Of a stretch of 64,000 nucleotides of DNA, positions 1 through 11,376 are shown piece by piece. Position 1 is the first letter of the stretch, and each line of letters opens with the position of its first letter. Made by a program: the position numbers and the translations under genes. The notes under the pieces were generated by a model. The model was not told the origin of the DNA and did no database searches. It worked only from the letters and a program-made list of their open reading frames with translations. Source of the DNA: Pseudomonadota bacterium (GTDB lineage: Bacteria > Pseudomonadota > Gammaproteobacteria > Xanthomonadales > Xanthomonadaceae); assembly GCA_023399815.1 (NCBI GenBank), contig JAEWOJ010000018.1, forward strand, positions 6,454 through 70,453, written 5' to 3'.

Positions 1-45
1 GGTGAGCAGCTGTTCGGCGCGGTCCTGGTGCTGGGCGATGGTCAT
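1..45 (-). CDS. eda: KDPG aldolase, 5' end only (runs off window)
   Basis: Reverse strand reads [15 protein letters not shown] from ATG at 45 with GAGG upstream; directly downstream of edd in an ED cluster. Confidence 0.7.
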   Translation of the reverse strand, partial: MTIAQHQDRAEQLLT

Positions 46-73
46 GCGGTCCTCAATCTGTAATGTCTTTGAA

Positions 74-288
74 GCCTCTCTCCCATCGGAAGAGGGGTTG
101 GGGCGAGGGGGAGGGGAGCCGGCGATGCCTGAACCACCTGGACTCCGTTCACCCCTCATCCGCCCCCACCTACGCGGGGCAGGTTCTTCGGGTACCTGTG
201 TTCGGCGCTTCCCTGTGTCTCACTCTGCGGGTGGCTTTACCCTGTGGTTCGGCCATCCTGCCGGGCTGCCTCCCGCGGGGAGAAGGAA
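74..288 (-). repeat. Composite BoxC-like element copy 1, carrying module Y (~197-269)
   Basis: Arms CCTCTCTCCC-N3-GGAAGAGGGGTTGGGG and CCCTCATCCGCCC...CTCCC-N3-GGGAGAAGG match the other copies in the window. Confidence 0.85.
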
Positions 289-294
289 GCGAGC

Positions 295-2211
295 TCAAGC
301 GTCGTTGGCTTCATGCGGGGCGGCGGCCGCGGCGGCATCGTGGCCGAGGTCGTATTCGGCGTCGTATTCCCACACGCTGCCATCGGGCCGCACCGGGCCG
401 CAGGAGATCGAGATCGCGCCCTGGTCGGCCGGGCCGACCACGCGGCGGTTCACCGCGAACAGGTTGCGGCCCAGGTCGTTGCCGGCCGGCGCGGTGTTCG
501 GGGCGATGCCGCGCGCGGCCCACTCGGCGGCATCCACCAGCACTTCCAGGGTGCCGGCCTCGCCATCGAGGCGGACGATGTCGCCCTCGCGGATGCGGGC
601 GATCGGGCCGCCGCGCGCCGCCTCGGGGGTGACATGGATGGCGGCCGGGATCTTGCCCGAGGCGCCGGACAGGCGGCCGTCGGTGACCAGCGCCACGCGC
701 CGGCCCTGGTTCTGCAGCAGGCCCAGCAGCGGCGCCAGCGAATGCAGTTCCGGCATGCCGTTCGCGCGCGGTCCCTGGTAGCGCACCACGGCGACGAAAT
801 CCTGCGGCAGCGCGCCGGCGGCGTGCAGCCTGTTCAGCGCCTGCGGCGCATCCACCACCACGGCCGGCGCTTCGATCGTGCGGTACTGCGGCTTCACCGC
901 CGACAGCTTGATCAGCGAACGGCCGATGTTCCCGCGCAGCAGACGCAGGCCGCCCTGGGCTTCGAAGGGATCGGCAGCCGGGCGCACCACCTCGATGTCC
1001 GCGCTCTGCGCGACGGCCGGTGCATAGACGACCTTGCCATCGATCAGCCGCGGCTCCTGCGCATAGGCGCGCATGCCGCCCTCGGCGATGGTGGCCAGGT
1101 CGTCATGCATCAACCCGGCATCCATCAGCTCGCGGAACACGAAAGCCGGGCCGCCCGCGGCGGCGAAGCGGTTCACGTCGGCCTCGCCGTTGGGGTAGAC
1201 CCGCGCCAGCAGCGGCACGATCTGCGAGAGCTGGTCCATGTCGTCCCAGGTCAGCACGATGCCGGCCGCGCGCGCCACTGCGATCCAGTGGATGGTGTGG
1301 TTGGTGGAGCCGCCGGTGGCCATCAGCGCGACCACCGCGTTGACGATGGCGCGCTCGTCGATCAGCCGGCCCAGCGGGCGGAAGTCGTCGCCCAGCGCGC
1401 TGATCTCCAGCGCGCGCGCGGCGGCGGTGCGGGTCAGCGCATCGCGCAGCGGCAGTTCCGGGTTTACGAACGAGGCGCCCGGCAACTGCACGCCCATGGC
1501 TTCCAGCAGCACCTGGTTGGAGTTGGCGGTGCCGTAGAAGGTGCAGGTGCCCGGCGCATGGTAGGAGTCGGACTCGGCCTGCAGCAGTTCCTCGCGGGTC
1601 GCTTCGCCGGCGGCGTAGCGCTCGCGCACTTCGGCCTTCTTCTTGTTGGGGATGCCCGGGGTCATCGGCCCGGCCGGCACGAACACCGCCGGCAGGTGGC
1701 CGAACGCCAGCGCGCCGATCAGCAGGCCCGGCACGATCTTGTCGCACACGCCCAGGTGCACGGTGGCGTCGAACATGTCGTGGCTCAGGCCGATGGCGGT
1801 GGCCTGGGCGATGATGTCGCGCGAGAACAGCGACAGCTCCATGCCGCCGCGGCCCTGGGTGACGCCGTCGCACATCGCCGGCACGCCGCCGGCGACCTGC
1901 GCGGTGGCGCCGAGTTCGCGCGCCGCGTCGCGGATCATCTGCGGGTAGTGCTCGAACGGCTGGTGCGCCGAGAGCATGTCGTTGTAGGCGGTGATGATGC
2001 CCAGGTTGGGCGTCACGTCGCCGCGCAGCCGGCCCTTGTCGGTCGGGCCGCAGGCGGCGAAGGCGTGGGCCAGGTTGCCGCAGCTCAGGCGGCTGCGGAA
2101 CGGACCTTCGCGCAGCGCGGAATCGATGCCCGCCAGGTAGGCCGCGCGCGACGGGGCGCTGCGCTGGCGGATGCGTTCGGTGATGGCGTGGATTTTCGGA
2201 TGCAGGCTCAT
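295..2211 (-). CDS. edd: Phosphogluconate dehydratase
   Basis: 638 aa; motifs [39 protein letters not shown]. Confidence 0.97.
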   Translation of the reverse strand: MSLHPKIHAITERIRQRSAPSRAAYLAGIDSALREGPFRSRLSCGNLAHAFAACGPTDKGRLRGDVTPNLGIITAYNDMLSAHQPFEHYPQMIRDAARELGATAQVAGGVPAMCDGVTQGRGGMELSLFSRDIIAQATAIGLSHDMFDATVHLGVCDKIVPGLLIGALAFGHLPAVFVPAGPMTPGIPNKKKAEVRERYAAGEATREELLQAESDSYHAPGTCTFYGTANSNQVLLEAMGVQLPGASFVNPELPLRDALTRTAAARALEISALGDDFRPLGRLIDERAIVNAVVALMATGGSTNHTIHWIAVARAAGIVLTWDDMDQLSQIVPLLARVYPNGEADVNRFAAAGGPAFVFRELMDAGLMHDDLATIAEGGMRAYAQEPRLIDGKVVYAPAVAQSADIEVVRPAADPFEAQGGLRLLRGNIGRSLIKLSAVKPQYRTIEAPAVVVDAPQALNRLHAAGALPQDFVAVVRYQGPRANGMPELHSLAPLLGLLQNQGRRVALVTDGRLSGASGKIPAAIHVTPEAARGGPIARIREGDIVRLDGEAGTLEVLVDAAEWAARGIAPNTAPAGNDLGRNLFAVNRRVVGPADQGAISISCGPVRPDGSVWEYDAEYDLGHDAAAAAAPHEANDA

Positions 2212-2311
2212 TGGCTACCAGCTGATGAGGGATGGGCGGGCGGATGCCGCTCTTGGTCTTGTCTGGATTCCCGCGTGCCGGGGTGCAGGCCTGGCGTGGG
2301 ACGTCCCGTGC

Positions 2312-3028
2312 TCACGCGCACCAGTGCACGCGCAGCTTCGGGCCGGGCGCGTCGATGGCGGCCAGCACCGGATAGCGCAGCACGTCGCCGGAGGCGAGCG
2401 CGGCTTCGAGCACGTCCAGCTTCTGCTGGCCGCGCAGCAGCAGCAGGCGCGCGCCGATCGAGGCCAGCCCGTGCGGGGTCAGGGTGATGCGCAGGTGCCA
2501 GTCCCTGGCGACCGGGCAGCCGCTGGCGTCCAGCGCGGCATAGGGCTTGGCGCTCTGCAGGGCGCGCCCGAGGTCGCGCGAGCCGGGGAACAGCGAGGCG
2601 GTATGCCCGTCGTTGCCCATGCCCAGCACCACCAGGGCAGCCGGCTGCGAATGCTCGGCCTGCAGGTTGGCGTCGTGCACGCACTCGGCCAGCGACTTGC
2701 CGATGCGCACCAGCGGATCGAAATGCGCGCCCTCGGCCAGGTTGAGGAAGCTGTGCCGCACCAGCCAGGCATTGCTGTCGCGGTCCTGCGGCGACAGCCA
2801 GCGCTCGTCGGCCAGGCCGACTTCCACGCGGGCCCATTCGAGCGGCTGCTCGGCCAGCATCTCGTACACCGGCGCCGGCGTGGTGCCGCCGGACAGCAGC
2901 ATGCGCGCGCGGCCGCGCCGGTCGATCTCGTGGCCGAGGATCGTGGCCATTTCCCGGGCCACGCCCTCGGTCCATTCCTCCTCGTCGGAATGGCGGACCA
3001 GCGCGAGGCGGTCGGACAGGGCGTTCAT
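2312..3028 (-). CDS. pgl: 6-phosphogluconolactonase
   Basis: LSGGTTP, ADERW and LGMGNDGHTASLFPG motifs; start MNALSD overlaps the glk stop. Confidence 0.95.
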   Translation of the reverse strand: MNALSDRLALVRHSDEEEWTEGVAREMATILGHEIDRRGRARMLLSGGTTPAPVYEMLAEQPLEWARVEVGLADERWLSPQDRDSNAWLVRHSFLNLAEGAHFDPLVRIGKSLAECVHDANLQAEHSQPAALVVLGMGNDGHTASLFPGSRDLGRALQSAKPYAALDASGCPVARDWHLRITLTPHGLASIGARLLLLRGQQKLDVLEAALASGDVLRYPVLAAIDAPGPKLRVHWCA

Positions 3029-4032
3029 GCGGGGACTCCCGTGGGCGCCTGCTGCAGGTCCACCGCGTAGGCGGCGGCGCCGAGCAGGCCGGGGCAGGGG
3101 TGGATGATGGCCAGCGACGGCACCTTCGACAGGGTTGCGGTGAAGCGGCCCTTGTTCTCGAAGCAGCTGCGGAAGCCGGAATGCTGCAGCGGCCCGAGCA
3201 GCCGCGGCACCAGCCCGCCGGTGAGGAAGACGCCGTCCCACGCGCCCTGCACCAATACCGCATCGCCGGTGATGGCGCCGAAGATGTCCATGAATACCTC
3301 GATGGCGCGCATGGCGACCGGATCCCCCGCGGCGGCGCGTTCGCTGACCTGCGCCGGCTGCAGCTGGCCCGGATCCTGCCCGGCGATCTCGCTCAGCGTG
3401 CGGTGCAGGTTGACCAGGCCGGGGCCGCAGATCAGCCGTTCGTTGGACACGCGGCCGAACTGCTGGGTGAGGATTTCCAGGATGCGGATCTGCTCGGGCG
3501 TGCTCGGCGCGAAGCTGGCGTGGCCGCCCTCGGTCGCCAACGGATAGTAGCGGCCGTCGCGCACCACCAGTCCGCCGACCCCCAGCCCGGTGCCGGGACC
3601 GATCACGCAGTAATTGCGCGCCACGGAGGCCGCGGCCGGTTGCCAGCTGGCGCCGCCGATCTGCACCACGTCGTCCATCCGCAGCAGGGCCACGGACATG
3701 GCCTGGGCGACGAAGTCGTTGATCAAGTGCAGCCGCGACAGGCCCAGCTGCGCGGCGGTGCGCGAGCGCGAGATCACCCACGGATGGTTGGTGATGCGCG
3801 CCTCGTCCTCGTCCACGCGCCCGGCGACGGCGAACACGCCGCTGCGCACGGTGACGCCATGCTCCTGCAGGTAGCAGGCGGCGGCATCGGCCAGCGAGGG
3901 GAAGTTCGCCACCGGGTATTCGCCGATGCTGCCCTGGTCGAGCGGAGCGGAGGCGGCGATGTCGGCCAGCGCGAAGCGCGCATTGGTGCCGCCGATGTCG
4001 GCGACCAGTACGTGTTCCGCGGTAGCGCTCAC
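3025..4032 (-). CDS. glk: Glucokinase
   Basis: ADIGGTNARFAL, INDF, GPGTGLG and EGGH motifs; GTG start overlaps the zwf stop. Confidence 0.95.
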   Translation of the reverse strand: MSATAEHVLVADIGGTNARFALADIAASAPLDQGSIGEYPVANFPSLADAAACYLQEHGVTVRSGVFAVAGRVDEDEARITNHPWVISRSRTAAQLGLSRLHLINDFVAQAMSVALLRMDDVVQIGGASWQPAAASVARNYCVIGPGTGLGVGGLVVRDGRYYPLATEGGHASFAPSTPEQIRILEILTQQFGRVSNERLICGPGLVNLHRTLSEIAGQDPGQLQPAQVSERAAAGDPVAMRAIEVFMDIFGAITGDAVLVQGAWDGVFLTGGLVPRLLGPLQHSGFRSCFENKGRFTATLSKVPSLAIIHPCPGLLGAAAYAVDLQQAPTGVPA

Positions 4033-5468
4033 AGCCCGGTTTCCGTGCGGTTGTCGGCGACGATGGCTTCGGGCAGGAAATGGCGGGCCTGCGCCGGCCC
4101 CCAGCTGCCGGCCGTGTAGGGTTCCATCGGCAGGTCGGCGGCCTTCCAGGCGTCGGCGACGCTGTCGATCCACGCCCATGCCGCGCGCACTTCGTCGTCG
4201 CGCACGAACAGGGCATGGTTGCCGTTGAAGGCGTCCAGGAACAGGCGCTCGTAGGCGATGCGGCGGTGCAGGCCGGTCGGCACCGACAGCTCCAGTTCCA
4301 GCGGCTGCAGTTCCAGCGCGCCCCATTCCGGGCCGGCCAGCGAACTCATCAGCCCGAGCTGGATGTTCTCCTGCGGCTGCAGCTGGAAGCTCAGCCGGTT
4401 GGGCTGGGCCTGGCGCCGGTCCGGGCGCTCGAACAGCCAGTGCGTGACCGGCTTGAGGTTGACCTCGATGCGGGTGGTGCGCTCGGGCAGGCGCTTGCCG
4501 GTGACCAGGTGGAACGGCACGCCGGCCCAGCGCCAGTTGTCGATGTGCGCGGTGACGCCGACGAAGGTCTCGGCCTCGCTGCCTTCCGGCGGCTGGTAGG
4601 CCTGCACCGGCTGGCCGCCGATGGTGCCGGCGGTGTAGCGGCCGCGCACGCTGTCCTTGGCCGCGTGGCGGGCGTCGAGCGGGCGCAGCGCGCGCAGCAC
4701 CTTGACCTTCTCGTCGCGGATGCGGTCGGCTTCCAGCGAGGCCGGCGGCTCCATCGCCACCAGGCACAGCAGCTGCAGGATGTGGCTCTGCACCATGTCG
4801 CGCATCGCGCCGGAGCGCGAGTAATAGGAGTCGCGGCCGTCCACGCCATCGCTTTCGGCCACCATGATGTGCACCGACTCGATGTAGTTGCGGTTCCACA
4901 CCGCCTCCAGCAGGGTGTTGCCGAAGCGCAGCGCCATCAGGTTCTGCACCGCCGCCTTGCCCAGGTAGTGGTCGATGCGGAACACGCGGTCCTCGTCGAT
5001 CAGCTTGCCGATCGCCCGCAGGATTTCCTCGGCGCTGGCGCTGTCCGAGCCGATCGGCTTCTCCAGCATCAGCCGGTGCGGCGCGGCCAGCGCGCCGCCC
5101 AGCGCCAGGCCCTCGCAGGTGGAGATGTACAGGCCCGGCGGGATCGACAGGTAGCTCACGCAGCGGCGGTCGGTGAGTTCGCGCACCGCGTCGGCGATCG
5201 ATGCCGGGTCGCGCAGGTCCACCGAGCGGTAGTCGATGCGGCGCAGCAGGTTGTTGATGTCGTCCTGGCTGGCCTGCGGCAGCGCCTGCTCCAGGCGCGG
5301 CCGCAGGATGTCGCGGAACTTCTCGGTGTCATGCGGCGACAGCGCCATCGCGCGCACCCGGAAATCCTCGGGGAGCAGGCCGTCGCCCAGCAGTCGCAAC
5401 AGGGAAGGGAACAGGTAGCGCTGGGCCAGATCGCCTGTGGCACCGAACAGGAGGAGGGTGTCGTGCAT
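4029..5468 (-). CDS. zwf: Glucose-6-phosphate 1-dehydrogenase
   Basis: FGATGDLA, EKPIG, RIDHYLGK and WRWAGVPF motifs; alternative start at 5495. Confidence 0.96.
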   Translation of the reverse strand: MHDTLLLFGATGDLAQRYLFPSLLRLLGDGLLPEDFRVRAMALSPHDTEKFRDILRPRLEQALPQASQDDINNLLRRIDYRSVDLRDPASIADAVRELTDRRCVSYLSIPPGLYISTCEGLALGGALAAPHRLMLEKPIGSDSASAEEILRAIGKLIDEDRVFRIDHYLGKAAVQNLMALRFGNTLLEAVWNRNYIESVHIMVAESDGVDGRDSYYSRSGAMRDMVQSHILQLLCLVAMEPPASLEADRIRDEKVKVLRALRPLDARHAAKDSVRGRYTAGTIGGQPVQAYQPPEGSEAETFVGVTAHIDNWRWAGVPFHLVTGKRLPERTTRIEVNLKPVTHWLFERPDRRQAQPNRLSFQLQPQENIQLGLMSSLAGPEWGALELQPLELELSVPTGLHRRIAYERLFLDAFNGNHALFVRDDEVRAAWAWIDSVADAWKAADLPMEPYTAGSWGPAQARHFLPEAIVADNRTETGL

Positions 5469-5670
5469 GGCTCGAGTTTCGTGTTCTGGTGACATCGTTG
5501 TCAATCGCCCTTCACTGAAGTTCTGGTTGTCGTCCGACGGGGGGGCCATGGCCTCGGCCACCGCCCGTTCGCGGCATCGGGAAAGCGTGGCGCGGAAGAA
5601 GATCGGCACCTGTTGTGGCAAGGCGCCGAGGCTTCCATGGTCGAGACCGGGAGCCGTTGATGGTGCCATG

Positions 5671-5685
5671 GGAAAACGTTTGCGT
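5671..5685. promoter_or_regulatory. LacI-family operator-like palindrome between divergent zwf and ABC ATPase
   Basis: GAAAACGTTTGC fits GnAAnCGnTTnC. Confidence 0.5.
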
Positions 5686-5760
5686 GGCAGAATGTTTCCA
5701 CTGTATTCGTATTCGAAAGCGGCTGCCCCGGCGGCGCGATCGAGATGATTGGGGCAGCCG

Positions 5761-6855
5761 ATGGCGAACGTGCGGTTCGATGAGGTGCGCAAGGTCTACG
5801 ACAACGGCCAGGTGGCCGTGCACGGGGCCAGCTTCGAGATCGCCGACGGCGAGTTGATGGTGCTGGTGGGGCCGTCGGGCTGCGGCAAGTCCACACTGCT
5901 GCGGATGGTGGCGGGGCTGGAGGAGATCAGCGCCGGCACGCTGTCCATCGGCGGGCGCGTGGTCAACGACGTTGCGCCGATGGACCGCGACATCGCGATG
6001 GTGTTCCAGAACTATGCGCTGTACCCGCACATGACCGTGGCCGAGAACCTGGCCTTCGGCCTGAAGCTGCGTGGCCACGGCAAGGCCGAGGTCGCGCGGC
6101 GCGTGCAGGCGGCGGCCGACATGCTGGGGCTGGCCGGGATGCTCGACAAGCTGCCGCGGGCGATGTCCGGCGGCCAGCGCCAGCGCGTGGCGCTGGGCCG
6201 GGCGCTGGTGCGCGAGCCGGCGGTGTTCCTGCTCGACGAACCGCTGTCCAACCTCGACGCCAAGCTGCGCCATTCGGTGCGCACCGAGATCGCGCAGCTG
6301 CACCGCACGCTGGGCACGACGATGATCTACGTGACCCACGACCAGGTCGAGGCGATGACGCTGGGCCAGCGCATCGTGGTGCTCAACGACGGCGTGATCC
6401 AGCAGATCGACACGCCGATGGCGCTGTACGAGCGCCCGGCCAACCTGTTCGTCGCCGGCTTCCTGGGCAGTCCGGCGATGAACACGCTCAAGGGACGGCT
6501 GCAGGCCGCGGCGGACGGGCAGGTCGAGCTGGACGTGGGCGAGGGCTGGCGGGTGCCGCTGGGCCGCCCTGCGGTACCCGCGGGCGCGGCCGGGCGCGAG
6601 GTGGTGGTCGGCATCCGCCCGGAGCACCTGCAGCCGGGCGGCGGCGGGACGGCATTCGAGGCGGTCATCGAGAGCATCGAGCCGGTCGGCAACGAGATGT
6701 TCGTGAACCTGCGCCACGGCCCGCGGCCGCTGGTGATGCGGGTGCCGCCGCAGGCGCTGCCGGCGGTGGGCGAGGGGATCGCCGTGGCGGTCGCGTCCGC
6801 GGCCCTGCACTTCTTCGACGCGGCCAGCGGCATGCGCCTGGAGCCGGCGGGCTGA
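5761..6855 (+). CDS. Sugar ABC transporter ATP-binding subunit (MalK/UgpC family)
   Basis: Walker A GPSGCGKST, VFQNYALYPH, SGGQRQR, DEPLSNLD, C-terminal TOBE-like region. Confidence 0.93.
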   Translation: MANVRFDEVRKVYDNGQVAVHGASFEIADGELMVLVGPSGCGKSTLLRMVAGLEEISAGTLSIGGRVVNDVAPMDRDIAMVFQNYALYPHMTVAENLAFGLKLRGHGKAEVARRVQAAADMLGLAGMLDKLPRAMSGGQRQRVALGRALVREPAVFLLDEPLSNLDAKLRHSVRTEIAQLHRTLGTTMIYVTHDQVEAMTLGQRIVVLNDGVIQQIDTPMALYERPANLFVAGFLGSPAMNTLKGRLQAAADGQVELDVGEGWRVPLGRPAVPAGAAGREVVVGIRPEHLQPGGGGTAFEAVIESIEPVGNEMFVNLRHGPRPLVMRVPPQALPAVGEGIAVAVASAALHFFDAASGMRLEPAG

Positions 6856-6865
6856 TCAGCGTCTC

Positions 6866-7726
6866 TCAGCGTGCCAGGCCGTCGAGCAGGTCGAGGCGGT
6901 CGGCCTTTTCGCCGCCCACTTCCAGTTCGCCGCCGGGCAGTTCCAGCGGCAGCACCGCCAGCGCCAGCGTGCCGGCGCTGCTGGCGACGGTGCCGACGCC
7001 TGCGCCGGCCTGCGTCACCGCGTCGCCGGCAGTGCTGGCAAGGGCAGTGCGCAGCAGCGCCAGCGAGCGCTTGGCCTTGCCCAGGAAATGGGTGCGGGCA
7101 ACGATTTCCTGGCCGGGGTAGCAGCCCTTCTTCACGCTGTAGGCCGACAGGCGATCCAGTCCCAGCTGCTGCGGCGTCCACTGCTCGCGCTGCGACGCGT
7201 CCAGCCGCGGCAACCCGAAGCGCAGGTCCGACTGGCGCCAGGCCAGTTCCGCGGCGTCTTCATGCGGGGCATTGCCCGCATCGACCAGGCGCAGCGTGCG
7301 TGGATGCGCCGCGCTGCCGACGTCCAGTTCGATCGCGCCATCGTCCAGGCGGGCGAGCGCCGCGCCGCGGGCGAGGGCAGGAGGCTGGAAGGCGACCTCG
7401 ACGGTGCCGGTTCCGGGCGGGGCGATGACGACCTTGCGGCGGAACACGAAGCGCCGCAGCTGTTCGGCCATCGCCTCGACGCCGCCGTCGTGGCACACCA
7501 GCAGCAGGCTCTCCGCGTCCAGGCGCAGCAGCTGGAAGATCGCCAGCACGCGTCCCTTGGCGGTCAGCCAGGCGCTCCATTGCCACTGACCGTCGGCCAG
7601 CGATGCCACGTCGTTGGCGAACTGGGCCTGGGCGAAGGCGACCGCATCCGGGCCGGAAAGGGCCAGCACCTGCGGCTGGCGCACTGTGCGCAAACCGCTG
7701 AAAAGAGGGGCGAGGTTGTCAGACAC
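6866..7726 (-). CDS. ygfZ: Folate-binding Fe-S assembly/repair protein YgfZ
   Basis: KGCYPGQEIVAR signature; GTG start inferred. Confidence 0.92.
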   Translation of the reverse strand: MSDNLAPLFSGLRTVRQPQVLALSGPDAVAFAQAQFANDVASLADGQWQWSAWLTAKGRVLAIFQLLRLDAESLLLVCHDGGVEAMAEQLRRFVFRRKVVIAPPGTGTVEVAFQPPALARGAALARLDDGAIELDVGSAAHPRTLRLVDAGNAPHEDAAELAWRQSDLRFGLPRLDASQREQWTPQQLGLDRLSAYSVKKGCYPGQEIVARTHFLGKAKRSLALLRTALASTAGDAVTQAGAGVGTVASSAGTLALAVLPLELPGGELEVGGEKADRLDLLDGLAR

Positions 7727-7765
7727 GTGAACGGGGACTAAAATTTGTGCGTTGCGAGACCGACC

Positions 7766-7939
7766 ATGATAGGCCAAACAACCCCCACTCCCGAGAACGG
7801 AACCGAAGCCAAGCCGGAGCCGGAGAAGCAGCCGCTTCCCGATGCCGGATCGGTGCCGCAGGAAATCGGCGGACGCGGCGGACTTGATCCGGTGCGTTAC
7901 GGCGATTGGGAGAAAAACGGTCGCTGCATCGATTTCTGA
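7766..7939 (+). CDS. DUF1674 / SDHAF4-like succinate dehydrogenase assembly factor
   Basis: C-terminal EIGGRGGLDPVRYGDWEKNGRCIDF motif; directly upstream of sdhC. Confidence 0.88.
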   Translation: MIGQTTPTPENGTEAKPEPEKQPLPDAGSVPQEIGGRGGLDPVRYGDWEKNGRCIDF

Positions 7940-7992
7940 GCAGCGTCAGCCAACGCGGCAACCGCCGCCCAGCCGAGATAACGAGTCAGCGA

Positions 7993-8388
7993 ATGGCGAA
8001 CAGACCCCGCCCCCTTTCTCCGCACCTGCAGGTGTATCGCTGGCAGATCCAGATGGCCACCTCGATCCTGCATCGAGCCACCGGCATCGTTCTGTCCGTC
8101 GGAGCCCTGATCATTGCCGGCGGCCTGCTCGCCCTGATGATGGGCCCCGAGTCCTGGAACTGCTTCACCACCCACGCCAGCGCGTGGTACGGCAAGGTGA
8201 TCCTGTTCGGCTGGACCTGGTGCTTCGCCTACCACCTGTGCAACGGCATCCGCCACATCATCCAGGACTTCGCCATCGGCTACAGCAAGCCGGCCTTCAT
8301 CCGCAGCAGCTGGCTGTCGGTGATCGGCTCGCTGGTCGTCACCGTGCTGGTCTGGGCCTACGTCTGCTGCTTCGGAGGCGCCGCATGA
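7993..8388 (+). CDS. sdhC: Succinate dehydrogenase cytochrome b556 subunit
   Basis: RPLSPHLQVY, SILHRATG, HLCNGIRH. Confidence 0.95.
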   Translation: MANRPRPLSPHLQVYRWQIQMATSILHRATGIVLSVGALIIAGGLLALMMGPESWNCFTTHASAWYGKVILFGWTWCFAYHLCNGIRHIIQDFAIGYSKPAFIRSSWLSVIGSLVVTVLVWAYVCCFGGAA

Positions 8389-8768
8389 GCAACTTCCGCA
8401 CCCCTCTGAAGAATGCCCGCGGCCTCGGCAGCGCCAAGTCAGGCACCGAGCACTTCATCCACCAGCGCCTGACCGCCACCGCGCTGGTATTCCTGACCGT
8501 CTGGTTCCTGTGCCTGGTGCTGAGCCTGATCGGCGCCGACTACGTCACCGCCGTGACCGTGGTGAGCCGGCCGTGGAACGCGATCCTGCTGGTCGGTTTC
8601 CTCGTCGCCATGTTCTGGCACGCGCAGCTCGGCCTGCAGGTCGTGCTGGAGGATTACATCCACAACTCGTTGCTGGCCCTGGCATTGCAGACCACGGTCA
8701 AGTTCGTCGCCGTGCTCGGCGCGATCGTCAGCATCTTCGCGGTCGCCCGCGTCGCGCTTGGGAACTGA
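8385..8768 (+). CDS. sdhD: Succinate dehydrogenase membrane anchor
   Basis: GLGSAKSGTEHFIHQRLTA, HAQLGLQVVLEDY; ATGA overlap with sdhC. Confidence 0.95.
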   Translation: MSNFRTPLKNARGLGSAKSGTEHFIHQRLTATALVFLTVWFLCLVLSLIGADYVTAVTVVSRPWNAILLVGFLVAMFWHAQLGLQVVLEDYIHNSLLALALQTTVKFVAVLGAIVSIFAVARVALGN

Positions 8769-8771
8769 TAC

Positions 8772-10562
8772 ATGTCCGCTTACAACATTACTGAACACAG
8801 GGTCGACATGGTGGTCGTCGGCGCCGGCGGCGCCGGCCTGCGCGCGACCTTCGGCCTGGCCCAGAAGGGCCTGCAGACCGTCTGCATCACCAAGGTCTTC
8901 CCGACCCGCTCGCACACCGTGGCCGCGCAGGGCGGCATTGCCGCCGCACTGGCGAACATGGGCGAGGACGACTGGCGCTACCACTACTACGACACCATCA
9001 AGGGCGGCGACTGGCTGGGCGACCAGGACGCCATCGAGTACATGTGCCGCGAGGCCATCCCGTCGGTGATCGAACTGGAGCACTACGGCGTTCCGTTCTC
9101 GCGCACCGAGGACGGCAAGATCTACCAGCGCCCGTTCGGCGGCATGACCACCAAGTACGGCGAAGGCCCGTCCGCGCAGCGTACCTGCGCCGCCGCCGAC
9201 CGCACCGGCCACGCCATGCTGCACACGCTGTACCAGCAGTCGCTGGCCCACAACGCGCGCTTCATGATCGAGTACTTCGCGCTCGACCTGATCTTCGACG
9301 AGGAAGGCGTCTGCCGCGGCGTGCTCGCCCTGGACATGGCCGAGGGCACCCTGCACCTGTTCCGCGCCCACGGCGTGGTGCTGGCCACCGGCGGCTACGG
9401 CCGTGCCTACTTCAGCGCCACCTCGGCGCACACCTGCACCGGCGACGGCGGCGGCCTCGTGGCCCGCGCCGGCCTGCCGCTGCAGGACATGGAGTTCGTG
9501 CAGTTCCACCCGACCGGCATCTACGGCGCCGGCTGCCTGATCACCGAAGGCGTGCGCGGCGAAGGCGGCATCCTGCGCAATGCCAGCGGCGAGCGCTTCA
9601 TGGAACGCTACGCCCCGCACTACAAGGACCTGGCCTCGCGCGACGTGGTCAGCCGTTCGATGACCATCGAGATCCGCGAAGGCCGCGGCGTCGGCGAGCA
9701 CAAGGACCACATCCTGCTCGACCTGACCCACCTCGGCCCGGGCGTGATCGAGGACAAGCTGCCGGGCATCGCCGAAAGCGCCCGCATCTTCGCCGGCGTC
9801 GACGTGACCAAGCAGCCGATCCCGGTGATCCCGACCGTGCACTACAACATGGGCGGCATCCCGACCAACTACCACGGCGAAGTGGTGCGCAAGGTCGGCG
9901 ACAACCCCGATGCGGTGGTGCCGGGTCTGTACGCCATCGGCGAGGCCGCCTGCGTGTCGGTGCACGGCGGCAACCGCCTGGGCTCCAACTCGCTGCTCGA
10001 CCTGGTGGTGTTCGGCCGCGCCGTGGCCAACCGCTGCGCCGAGACCATCAAGCCGGGCGCGCCGCACAAGACCCTGGCCTCCGACGCCTGCGACAAGGCG
10101 CTGGGCCTGCTGGACAAGCTGCGCCACGCCAACGGCGACACCCCGACCGCGGTCATCCGCGACCGCATGCAGCGCACGATGCAGGCCGACGCGGCGGTGT
10201 TCCGCACCAGCAAGACCCTGGCCGAAGGCTGCGAGAAGATGGCCGAGGTGTTCGATTCGTTCCAGGACGTCAAGGTTTCCGACCGCTCGCTGGTCTGGAA
10301 CTCGGACCTGATCGAGACCTATGAACTGAACAACCTGCTGCTCAACGCGGTGGCGACGATCAACTCGGCCGAGCAGCGCCACGAGAGTCGCGGCGCCCAC
10401 GCCCACGAGGACTACCCCGAGCGCGACGACGTCAACTGGATGAAGCACACGCTGGTCACCGTCGACGAGAAGGGCAAGTGCAGCTTCGACTACCGTCCGG
10501 TGCACATGTACACGCTCACCGACGACGTCGCCGTCGTGCCGCCGAAGCCGCGCGTCTACTGA
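8772..10562 (+). CDS. sdhA: Succinate dehydrogenase flavoprotein
   Basis: [16 protein letters not shown] (FAD-binding His), HYNMGG, RLGSNSL. Confidence 0.98.
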   Translation: MSAYNITEHRVDMVVVGAGGAGLRATFGLAQKGLQTVCITKVFPTRSHTVAAQGGIAAALANMGEDDWRYHYYDTIKGGDWLGDQDAIEYMCREAIPSVIELEHYGVPFSRTEDGKIYQRPFGGMTTKYGEGPSAQRTCAAADRTGHAMLHTLYQQSLAHNARFMIEYFALDLIFDEEGVCRGVLALDMAEGTLHLFRAHGVVLATGGYGRAYFSATSAHTCTGDGGGLVARAGLPLQDMEFVQFHPTGIYGAGCLITEGVRGEGGILRNASGERFMERYAPHYKDLASRDVVSRSMTIEIREGRGVGEHKDHILLDLTHLGPGVIEDKLPGIAESARIFAGVDVTKQPIPVIPTVHYNMGGIPTNYHGEVVRKVGDNPDAVVPGLYAIGEAACVSVHGGNRLGSNSLLDLVVFGRAVANRCAETIKPGAPHKTLASDACDKALGLLDKLRHANGDTPTAVIRDRMQRTMQADAAVFRTSKTLAEGCEKMAEVFDSFQDVKVSDRSLVWNSDLIETYELNNLLLNAVATINSAEQRHESRGAHAHEDYPERDDVNWMKHTLVTVDEKGKCSFDYRPVHMYTLTDDVAVVPPKPRVY

Positions 10563-10580
10563 TCCGGGGAACCTACGAAC

Positions 10581-11366
10581 ATGGCTGAATTTGCACTTCC
10601 GAAGAACTCCCGGATCACCCAGGGCAAGCACTTCCCCGCCAAGAGCGGCGGGAAGAACCTGCGCACCTTCAAGATCTACCGCTGGAGTCCGGACGACGAC
10701 CAGAACCCGCGCACCGACACCTACGAGATCGACCTGGACAGCTGCGGCCCGATGGTCCTGGACGCGCTGGTCAAGATCAAGAACGAGGTCGACCCGACCC
10801 TGACCTTCCGCCGTTCGTGCCGCGAGGGCATCTGCGGTTCGTGCGCGATGAACATCGACGGCACCAACACGCTGGCCTGCACCCGCGCCATCAGCGACTG
10901 CGGCAAGGCCGAGGTGCCGATCTACCCGCTGCCGCACATGGACGTGGTCAAGGATCTGGTGCCGGACCTGACCCACTTCTACGCGCAGTACGCCTCGATC
11001 AAGCCGTGGATCCGCACCCAGACCCCGGCGCCGTCGGATCGCGAGCGCCTGCAGTCGCCGGAAGACCGCAAGAAGCTCGACGGCCTGTACGAGTGCATCC
11101 TGTGCGCCTGCTGCTCGACCTCGTGCCCGAGCTACTGGTGGAACGGCGAGCGCTACCTGGGGCCGGCGATCCTGCTGCAGGCCTACCGCTGGATCATCGA
11201 CTCTCGCGACGAGGACACCGGTGCGCGCCTGGACGACCTGGAAGACCCGTTCAAGCTGTACCGCTGCCACACCATCATGAACTGCGCCCGGACCTGCCCG
11301 AAGGGCCTGAACCCGGCGCTGGCGATCGCCGAGATCAAGAAGCTGATGATGGCGCGCCGTGCCTGA
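10581..11366 (+). CDS. sdhB: Succinate dehydrogenase iron-sulfur subunit
   Basis: [34 protein letters not shown]. Confidence 0.98.
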   Translation: MAEFALPKNSRITQGKHFPAKSGGKNLRTFKIYRWSPDDDQNPRTDTYEIDLDSCGPMVLDALVKIKNEVDPTLTFRRSCREGICGSCAMNIDGTNTLACTRAISDCGKAEVPIYPLPHMDVVKDLVPDLTHFYAQYASIKPWIRTQTPAPSDRERLQSPEDRKKLDGLYECILCACCSTSCPSYWWNGERYLGPAILLQAYRWIIDSRDEDTGARLDDLEDPFKLYRCHTIMNCARTCPKGLNPALAIAEIKKLMMARRA

Positions 11367-11376
11367 CGCATGCTTT

